Assembly (NCBI GenBank): GCA_964519305.1
Contig: CAZFHY010000033.1
Coordinates: forward strand, 1-14,592
Direction of reading: 5' to 3'
Length of the DNA stretch: 14,592 bases
Source of the DNA: Candidatus Undinarchaeota archaeon
Lineage (GTDB): Archaea > SpSt-1190 > JASMDC01
Shown: in pieces, positions 1-6,549 of the stretch
How the letters are laid out: each line of letters starts with the position of its first letter
Position numbering within the stretch: the first letter of the stretch is position 1
Program-made: the position numbers and the translations under genes
The notes under the pieces: model-generated
Database searches by the model: none
Told to the model about the DNA's origin: nothing
The model's input: only the letters and a program-made list of their open reading frames with translations

Positions 1-1
1 A

Positions 2-1882
2 TGGCACGCCAACGGTGACGGTCTGCGAGTCGAACCGCGCGAGGAAGTCGCTGCCGATGCTGATGCCGCCGACGTCGATGAGGCCGGCACCTTGTGCCAC
101 CACCTCCTGGCCGAGGTCTACGGCATGTCCGACGAGGGTCGCTCGCACGTCCTGCATCGGGTCCTGCTCCAGGAGGAGTGCGGAGACGCCGGCGACATAG
201 GCCGTCGCGGGCGAGGTCCCGCTGACATACGCCCTCTCCGGACCGGCGGGCGTGCCGAAGGCCACTCCCGCTGGCTTGTAGCTGAGCACCCGCGTCCCGG
301 GCGCGACGACCTCCGGCTTGACGCGCCCGTCCTTGGTGGGCCCCCGGGACGAGAACGTAGCGACATGGACGAGGTCCTCGGCGGCGGCGCCCACGGTGAC
401 GGCCTTTCTCGCGTCTCCGGGTATGTTGGTACTGCCGTAGGACGGGCCGGAGTTGCCTGCCGCGGCCACGATCACTGCCCCGGCGTCCACCAGAGAGTCG
501 ACGAGCTGGCTGAGCGCGTGCGTGCCATCGTTCGATATGCCGGTGTACTTGGGATCGATGCCCAAGGAGAGCGAGATGATATCTGCGCCGTCGTCGGTGT
601 CGGGATCGTCATCCGGATCGAACGCCCACTCCATGGCCGCCATGACGTCCGAGACGTACCCGGAGCCACTGGCCGTGAGCGCCTTCGCGTCGATGAGCTC
701 CACGTCGCGTGCGAGCTGCTCGACGATGCCGGCCATAGAGGTTCCGTGTCCGTTGCCGTCGTCGGTATGGCCCTCACCGCTGAAATCGCGCTCCAGGATC
801 ACATTATCCTGCAATTCGATGAGCTGGTCGTCGAGTCCCGTGTCGACCACGGCGACCCGCACACCCGCACCCGTGTACGGCGACACAAGCGCCGCCAGCG
901 ATCCGCCCTCACCGCCGCCGGTGTCGAACACATGGACAGGCACGTCCTCGGCCACCAGCTCCAGCGACTCGAGCACGTCGGGGCGATTGAAAAGCCGCTT
1001 GAAGTCGCGCGGCCGTACCTCGACGGCCACGGCGTTGACGTTACGCAACTCGCGGTGGACCGTCGCGTGGGACGCGGTCCGGAGAATGAGCTCCTCACGC
1101 CCGTTGGCCTTGTGGAAGAGCAGGAGGCGGACGGGTTTGTCCGCATCCTCCTTGAACGCCTCGTCAACACGCTTCCGCAGCCCCGGCGGGATGACGCGCC
1201 GGGCGCGGTCTTCAGACTTCGTGCTGTCTCTGTCCTTTTGTTCGGCAGCCTTGCCTCTTGATGGTCGTGACGTCGGTGCATCCGGAGCCGTGATGCGGAC
1301 CGGTGCCACGGCCTTGCTCCTTCTTCGGGACATAACCCGCGTGCGCGCTCCATCGCTCGCAGGACGCCGGGCCTTCCAGTCCGTGCTCACCGGTCGGACA
1401 TCATGGGCTGCTGCTCGCCAGGCCGGCGGTGAGCCCTTGATACCGGGCTCCGTCCGGGAGGATGCTTCCTCTTCATGTGTACTTTCACCGCGGTCAAGGG
1501 GTTCGTCCAATGCCTCTACCGGAGCGCTCTCGCGCTCTTTTTCCCTTTTGCGCTCTCGCAGCCGTCTAAGTCGCTCAGCACGGGACGTGCCTTTCTTCTC
1601 CTCCTTACTCTCGACCGGGATCATCACCGATTGTGGCTGGATGGCCGCGGAGGAGACGGGGCGGGCTGAGGGTGGGCGGAACACAGGGTCCGGTGCGTAC
1701 GGGTGCTCAAGACGCGGCGGCCCCTCCTCCTCGAACGCCAGGGTGGTGCCGTCAGCGTGCCTCCCCCCCGCAAGGTGGGATTCGGTCTGTGTCTGGAGGC
1801 CGGCGAAGAGAAGGAGCATGGCGAGGGCAGTTATCACTTGCAGATGTATCCCGTTCCGCCCTTGCCTTCCACGTACGCTGAT
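2..1882 (-). CDS. Secreted subtilisin-like S8 serine protease (signal peptide + long charged linker + propeptide + catalytic domain); 3' end runs off the window; start uncertain (ATC 1882, GTG 1837 or ATG 1819)
   Basis: Manual minus-strand translation, open from the TAA at 1913-1915 to the window edge. Catalytic motifs: GAGVRVAVVDTG (Asp 842-844), DGNGHGTSMAGIV (His 746-748), SGTSPATAYVAGVSALLL (Ser 212-214). Also oxyanion-hole VAAAGNSG, IISLSLG, FSSRGPTKDGRVKPEVVAPG and QGAGLID. Hydrophobic N-terminal segment LQVITALAMLLLFAG. Confidence 0.95.
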   Translation of the reverse strand, partial: MSVRGRQGRNGIHLQVITALAMLLLFAGLQTQTESHLAGGRHADGTTLAFEEEGPPRLEHPYAPDPVFRPPSARPVSSAAIQPQSVMIPVESKEEKKGTSRAERLRRLRERKREKERESAPVEALDEPLDRGESTHEEEASSRTEPGIKGSPPAWRAAAHDVRPVSTDWKARRPASDGARTRVMSRRRSKAVAPVRITAPDAPTSRPSRGKAAEQKDRDSTKSEDRARRVIPPGLRKRVDEAFKEDADKPVRLLLFHKANGREELILRTASHATVHRELRNVNAVAVEVRPRDFKRLFNRPDVLESLELVAEDVPVHVFDTGGGEGGSLAALVSPYTGAGVRVAVVDTGLDDQLIELQDNVILERDFSGEGHTDDGNGHGTSMAGIVEQLARDVELIDAKALTASGSGYVSDVMAAMEWAFDPDDDPDTDDGADIISLSLGIDPKYTGISNDGTHALSQLVDSLVDAGAVIVAAAGNSGPSYGSTNIPGDARKAVTVGAAAEDLVHVATFSSRGPTKDGRVKPEVVAPGTRVLSYKPAGVAFGTPAGPERAYVSGTSPATAYVAGVSALLLEQDPMQDVRATLVGHAVDLGQEVVAQGAGLIDVGGISIGSDFLARFDSQTVTVGVP

Positions 1883-1890
1883 CTCGACTT

Positions 1891-1897
1891 CCCCTCC
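1891..1897 (-). promoter_or_regulatory. Shine-Dalgarno-like site (GGAGGGG) for the protease gene
   Basis: Minus strand reads GGAGGGG-AAGTCGAG-ATC; 8-nt spacer to an in-frame ATC that precedes a basic n-region and hydrophobic h-region. Confidence 0.5.
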
Positions 1898-1965
1898 GAT
1901 GAAATGGTCTATTTAGGGAATTAGAAGGTAGTGACCTTCCTCCCCCTACACTTTCTCTCGCTTAG

Positions 1966-1983
1966 AGTATAAATACTTACCTT
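1966..1983 (-). promoter_or_regulatory. Putative archaeal BRE/TATA promoter for the protease gene
   Basis: Minus strand AAGGTAAG-TATTTATA-CT: purine-rich segment followed by TTTATA in an AT-rich intergenic gap. The + strand of the same site reads TATAAATA. Confidence 0.5.
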
Positions 1984-2311
1984 GGAACGATCGCGTGAAA
2001 CGTTCCATTCGCCCAACGGAGCTCGATTTATTCTTTTGTTACGTTTTCGGGCACGCTCCGTGCGATTTCCGTACAACCAACTTCGATAACTTACAGATAT
2101 CGGCCTGTCCCTCCTGCTCACGGAAGGCATGACCGGAACCGCTGATTTTCAGCAGCGGACAGCGGCGCGGACCGGTCGGGTAGGCATAAAAAGATTGTGC
2201 ATGGACGAATGGTCACGACCGGCGCGGGCCCGGTGCCCGGCGGGGGGAAGGCCAGTTGGCGAGCCGCATCGAACACTGCATGTCGACAAGACACTCGGGA
2301 GGTATCCACGG

Positions 2312-3304
2312 ATGACCCGGCTCGTCGTCTCCATCCCCGCCTACGACGAGGAGGACACCATCGGCGACGTCATACGCGAGGTCCCCCGCGACCTCGAGGG
2401 TGTCGACGAGGTGCTCGTGCTGGTTGTGGACGACGGCTCGTCGGACGGGACGGCCGACGCCGCCCGCGCCGCCGGCGTCGACAGCGTGGTGCGGTTCAAG
2501 CGCAACCGTGGTCTAGCATGCGCCTTCGCCCGGGGCCTCAACGAGGCGCTGGCCATGGGCGCGGACATCATCGTCAACACCGACGCCGACGGCCAGTACG
2601 TGGGTGCGGAGATTCCAGACCTCATCGCCCCTATCCTCGCCGACGAGGCCGACCTCGTCCTCGGCTCACGGTTCGCCGGGACCATCGAGGCCATGCCCTT
2701 CCAGAAACGAGTGGGCAACCGCATCGCCACTTGGGTGACCCGGCTGGTGTCCGGCTTCGCCACCACCGACGCCCAGACAGGATTCCGTGCGTTCACCCGT
2801 GACGCGGCGCTGCGCCTGAACGTGCTCTCCCACTACACCTACACCCAGGAGACGATCATCCAGGCCGTCCACAAGGACCTGGTCGTGGTCGAGGTGCCGG
2901 TCACCTTCCGCAGGCGGCGTGGTGACGGCCGGTCACGCCTCATCGCCAACGTCCTCTCCTACGCAAAGAACGCCGGCGCTATCATCATCAGGACCTCGCG
3001 CGACTACCGGCCGCTCAAGCCGTTCCTCTACCTGGGCGGCACGCTCTTCCTGGCGGGGTTCGCCATGGGCATGCGGGTGCTGGTCCACTTCGTCACCACC
3101 GGCTACGTCAGCCCCTATATCCCTTCGGCCATCCTGTCCACACTCCTGTCGATCATCGGGTTCCAAGTGATCATGTTAGGGATGGTCGCTGACATGCTCG
3201 CGGCCAACCGCGTGCTCGAGGAGCGCATCCTATACCTGATGAAGAACGAGTGCCTGCCCAAGGTCCGGGAGGGCGGGGCAACGCACGGGCGTGAGAGGAC
3301 ATGA
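2312..3304 (+). CDS. Glycosyltransferase family 2, DPM1/GtrB-like polyprenol-phosphate sugar synthase with two C-terminal TM helices
   Basis: IPAYDEE, VVDDGSSDGT, NRGLACA, DxD motif NTDADGQY, VLGSRF, DAQTGFRAF, two C-terminal hydrophobic segments. Start moved from 2129 to ATG 2312, which has GGAGGT at 2298-2303. Confidence 0.93.
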   Translation: MTRLVVSIPAYDEEDTIGDVIREVPRDLEGVDEVLVLVVDDGSSDGTADAARAAGVDSVVRFKRNRGLACAFARGLNEALAMGADIIVNTDADGQYVGAEIPDLIAPILADEADLVLGSRFAGTIEAMPFQKRVGNRIATWVTRLVSGFATTDAQTGFRAFTRDAALRLNVLSHYTYTQETIIQAVHKDLVVVEVPVTFRRRRGDGRSRLIANVLSYAKNAGAIIIRTSRDYRPLKPFLYLGGTLFLAGFAMGMRVLVHFVTTGYVSPYIPSAILSTLLSIIGFQVIMLGMVADMLAANRVLEERILYLMKNECLPKVREGGATHGRERT

Positions 3305-4551
3305 AGGTCTGCCTCGTCGCCTCGACCTTCCCCACGTCTGCGGACGACGATGACACGCGGCGGTTCGTCCTCGAGCTGGCCGTCTCGCTGGCGCGGGAGG
3401 CCGAGGTAGTGGTGCTGGCGCCCCACGCACCGGGCGCTGCGCGGCGGGAGACGATCGACGGCGTGCGCGTTGAGCGATTCCCCTACTTCCGACCCACCTC
3501 GTACCAGCGCCTGTGCTACGGCCCGGGCGTCATCCCCAACCTCCGTGCCAGCTGGCTGGCGCGTGTCCAGGCGCCCCTGCTGGTGGCCGCCGAAGTAGCG
3601 GCGCTCCGCCGGCTCGTCAGGCGGGAGACCCCTGATGTCGTCAACTCTCACTGGCTCGTCCCCCAAGGGCTCGTGGCAGGACTCCGTGCCGTGCGCGGAC
3701 GGACGCCGCACCTGGCAACCGTACACGCTGCCGGCCTCTTCGCCCTGGAGCACGCCCCTCTCCCGCTGCGGGTGCGGCGGGGGATCGCGCAGCGGTTCGT
3801 CCTCAACGCCGACCGCATCTTCACCGTCAGCTCGCATCTCCGCGACCACCTTTCCACCCTCGTCGGTATGACCTCTCTTGATAATAAAGCACGGGTGGTC
3901 CCTATGGGCGTCGATACGGCGCGGTTCGGGAGCGTGGCGTCGGAGGATGTCGAGAGCGCGCGGGAGCGCCACGGGCTGGAGGGGGACTTCCTCCTGTTCG
4001 TGGGGCGGCTCACCCCCAAGAAGGGCGTCGAGCACCTCGTCGATGCCGCGGGCCTGCTCGCTGATGATGGGTACCGGGTACCGGTTGTCGTCGTTGGTGA
4101 CGGCCCGCTGCGGGTGGAGCTGGAGCGCCGGGTCCGGGATCGTGGCGCTGACGTCCGCTTCGCGGGGGGCCTGCCGCGGGTGGAGCTGGATGCGCTCTAC
4201 ACCGCAAGCACGGCCGTTGTCGTGCCGTCGGTGGTGGACGCCAGCGGCAACACGGAGGGCACGCCCGTCGTCGCGCTCGAGGCGCTGGCCGCGGGCAGCC
4301 CTGTCATCGCCAGCGTGGTGGGTGGGCTCCCCGACGTGGTGCGCGACGAACACAACGGCTACGTCGTGCCACCAGGTGACCCGGGAGCGCTGGCGGCCGC
4401 GATCGGACGGCTCCTGGAGGACAAGAGCGGGCGTGCGCGCATGGCGCAGAATGCCGCGGAGAGCGGGACGCGGTACGACTGGGATCGCATCGGGGACGCC
4501 TATCTTGATGCGTTCCGGGCGCTGGCTGGCGCCGGACGGGGGGCGGCATGA
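3301..4551 (+). CDS. Glycosyltransferase family 4 (GT-B, retaining)
   Basis: MKVCLVASTFP, PDVVNSHW, VVPMGVD, LLFVGRLTPKKG, EX7E motif EGTPVVALEALAAG, VGGLPDVV. ATGA overlap with the upstream gene. Confidence 0.95.
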   Translation: MKVCLVASTFPTSADDDDTRRFVLELAVSLAREAEVVVLAPHAPGAARRETIDGVRVERFPYFRPTSYQRLCYGPGVIPNLRASWLARVQAPLLVAAEVAALRRLVRRETPDVVNSHWLVPQGLVAGLRAVRGRTPHLATVHAAGLFALEHAPLPLRVRRGIAQRFVLNADRIFTVSSHLRDHLSTLVGMTSLDNKARVVPMGVDTARFGSVASEDVESARERHGLEGDFLLFVGRLTPKKGVEHLVDAAGLLADDGYRVPVVVVGDGPLRVELERRVRDRGADVRFAGGLPRVELDALYTASTAVVVPSVVDASGNTEGTPVVALEALAAGSPVIASVVGGLPDVVRDEHNGYVVPPGDPGALAAAIGRLLEDKSGRARMAQNAAESGTRYDWDRIGDAYLDAFRALAGAGRGAA

Positions 4552-5774
4552 GCATGAGGATACTCCAGGTGAACGACTATTCTATGCCCGCGGGCGGCGC
4601 GGAGTGTTACGTTCACCGGGTGAAGGAGGCGCTCCGGGAACGAGGCCACGACGTCGAGGTGTACGGCGCGACGAGGATCGAGCCGTGGTGGAGCTATGTC
4701 ACGCGTTTCTGGGATCCCGTGATCTATGTTGACATGTCGCGTGTCATCGAGCGGTTCCGGCCCGACGTGGTCCACGCGCACAACGTGAGCCGGGTGGTCT
4801 CGCCCTCCGTGCTCGCCGCCGCTCAGCGGGCCGGTGTGCCCGTGGTAATGACGGTGCATGACTTCCACCTGGTCTGTCCCAAGACCTGGTACGTCAGCTC
4901 ACCGGACACGATGTGCACGAGGATCTTCGGCTACGACTGCGTCACCCGCGGATGCGCACGCTCGCCCTATCAACTCCTCAAGGCTGCCAAGGTCACGCTC
5001 CATCGGCGTCTGATCGGGAAGCATGTGGACGCCTTCATAGCTCCGTGCAGGCTACTCGCCGACCGCCTTAAGGAGGTGTTCCCGGACCGGTGCGTGACGT
5101 GGCTCCCCAACTTCGTCGATGTGGACGCGGTCGAACACTCACCGCCGGGCGACACGGGATTAGTGCTATTCGTCGGCCGCCTTATCCGCGAGAAGGGCGT
5201 AGACGTCCTCCTCTACGCGACACCCCTCATCCTTGAGGGACGACGCGACGCGCGTGTAGTTATCGTCGGGACCGGACCGCTCGGGCCCGAGCTTGAGTCT
5301 CTTACCGATACGCTCGACGTCGACGGGTGCGTGGAATTCGCCGGCTTCGTCCCCGATGGGACGCTCCACGACCTCTACGAGCGAGCCGATGTCGTTGTGC
5401 TCCCCTCCCGCTGGGCGGAGAACTCGCCCTTCGTCCTATTCGAAGCGCTCGGGCACGGACGCCCGGTAGTCGCCAGCGACATGGGGGGCCTGCCGGAGGT
5501 CGTCCACAACGGTGTGGGACGGACGTTCAGGTCCGGCGACGCCGTGGACCTCGCCGAGAAGGTGGTCGAGGTCATCTCCGAACCGCAGCTCGCAGCGCGA
5601 CTCGCCTCGGCGGCACGGACCGAGGCCGAGGGGACGTACTCACTGGAAGCACACTGCGACCGACTGATGGATGTCTATTCGGGCCTTCTTCAAGACCGCG
5701 ACCATGCTATTCAACCAGAGACGGATAGCGAGAACGACCTGAGGGACTCACTTCGCGGGGGGGCGGCCCGATGA
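4548..5774 (+). CDS. Glycosyltransferase family 4, ExpE7-like, with a Cys-rich insert
   Basis: MRILQVNDY..GGAE, PDVVHAHN, MTVHDFHLVCP, LFVGRLIREKG, PSRWAENSPFVLFEALGHG, MGGLPEVV. ATGA overlap with the upstream gene. Confidence 0.95.
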   Translation: MSMRILQVNDYSMPAGGAECYVHRVKEALRERGHDVEVYGATRIEPWWSYVTRFWDPVIYVDMSRVIERFRPDVVHAHNVSRVVSPSVLAAAQRAGVPVVMTVHDFHLVCPKTWYVSSPDTMCTRIFGYDCVTRGCARSPYQLLKAAKVTLHRRLIGKHVDAFIAPCRLLADRLKEVFPDRCVTWLPNFVDVDAVEHSPPGDTGLVLFVGRLIREKGVDVLLYATPLILEGRRDARVVIVGTGPLGPELESLTDTLDVDGCVEFAGFVPDGTLHDLYERADVVVLPSRWAENSPFVLFEALGHGRPVVASDMGGLPEVVHNGVGRTFRSGDAVDLAEKVVEVISEPQLAARLASAARTEAEGTYSLEAHCDRLMDVYSGLLQDRDHAIQPETDSENDLRDSLRGGAAR

Positions 5775-6547
5775 ACAGGGTGGATGCCCGGAGATGGGGG
5801 AGGGCGCAGGAGCGGGAGCGATTCTTCTGGGAAGAGGACTGGAAGCGTGAGCACGACCATCTCAAGGAAGCCGCGAGCATCTATTGGGGGACGCATCGTG
5901 CGAACCTGGAGTCGGCCGTCACTCTGGGACCGGGGACGCGACTCCTCGAGATCGGCTGCGGTGCAAGCCCGTTCATCGACCACATCCCGACCGGTAAGAG
6001 GTTCGTGCTCGATCCGCTGATGAGGTTCTACTCGTCGAGCTTCGGCCTTTCGGATGGGATTGCGGGCGTGCGGGGCGTCGGGGAGGCCCTGCCCTTCCCG
6101 GAGGAGAGCTTCGATGTAGTCATCACCACCAATACGCTCGACCACGTGCGCGAGCCGTCGTGCTTCCTCGCCGAGGTCCGTCGTGTCCTGAGAAAGGATG
6201 GTGTGCTCTACCTCACCGTCGACTGCCATAACGCCCTCGTCAAGGGGTATCGGGACCTCAAGGAGGGCCTCGGGCGGGGTGACGCATGCCACCCCTTTTG
6301 CTTCACGGCGTCAGAGGCGCGAAGGACCGTAGAGGCGTCAGGCCTGAGGATCGTCAGCGCCCGCGAGGGATCGGGGAGCCTCGGAAAGCACGTGTACGAC
6401 ATACTCGTTCCGAACGGTGGCGACGCTCGCAGGAAGGGGATCACGGCACGACTGGACGCTCTCCTCACCATGATACTGGCGCGCGGAGGGGACCTGATCT
6501 CGCAAGGAAGGGACGACATGGACCTCATCGTACTGGCGGTGAAGTGA
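5771..6547 (+). CDS. Class I SAM-dependent methyltransferase (probably glycan-modifying)
   Basis: Motif I LLEIGCGASP, GEALPFPEESFDVV, NTLDHVREP..LAEVRRVLRKDG. Lies within the GT operon with an ATGA overlap. The substrate is inferred from context only. Confidence 0.9.
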   Translation: MNRVDARRWGRAQERERFFWEEDWKREHDHLKEAASIYWGTHRANLESAVTLGPGTRLLEIGCGASPFIDHIPTGKRFVLDPLMRFYSSSFGLSDGIAGVRGVGEALPFPEESFDVVITTNTLDHVREPSCFLAEVRRVLRKDGVLYLTVDCHNALVKGYRDLKEGLGRGDACHPFCFTASEARRTVEASGLRIVSAREGSGSLGKHVYDILVPNGGDARRKGITARLDALLTMILARGGDLISQGRDDMDLIVLAVK

Positions 6548-6549
6548 CT

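Noticed and set aside
1763-1769. C7 homopolymer in the protease 5' region (also G7 at 9793-9799) as phase-variation tracts
   Set aside because: Short, frames are intact, and such runs are expected at this GC content.
92-1916. Long + strand ORFs 92..1261 (389 aa) and 453..1916 (487 aa)
   Set aside because: Antisense shadows of the minus-strand S8 protease; 92..1261 is in exact codon register with it. No motifs, and such shadows are expected in high-GC DNA.
2129-2311. 61-aa N-terminal extension of the GT2 in the ORF track
   Set aside because: GT2 similarity begins at MTRLVVSIPAY, and ATG 2312 has a strong GGAGGT site.
3115-4353. 412-aa minus ORF and other long alternative-frame ORFs (3878..4732, 9248..10141, 12947..13768)
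   Set aside because: They overlap genes with clear family motifs and have no recognisable motifs of their own.
3301-5774. Repeated ATGA stop/start overlaps at 3301, 4548 and 5771
   Set aside because: Ordinary translational coupling; supports operon structure but is not novel.
6286-6549. 88-aa N-terminal extension making the membrane protein 1016 aa
   Set aside because: It overlaps the methyltransferase by about 260 nt in another frame; ATG 6550 follows the upstream stop and has an RBS.
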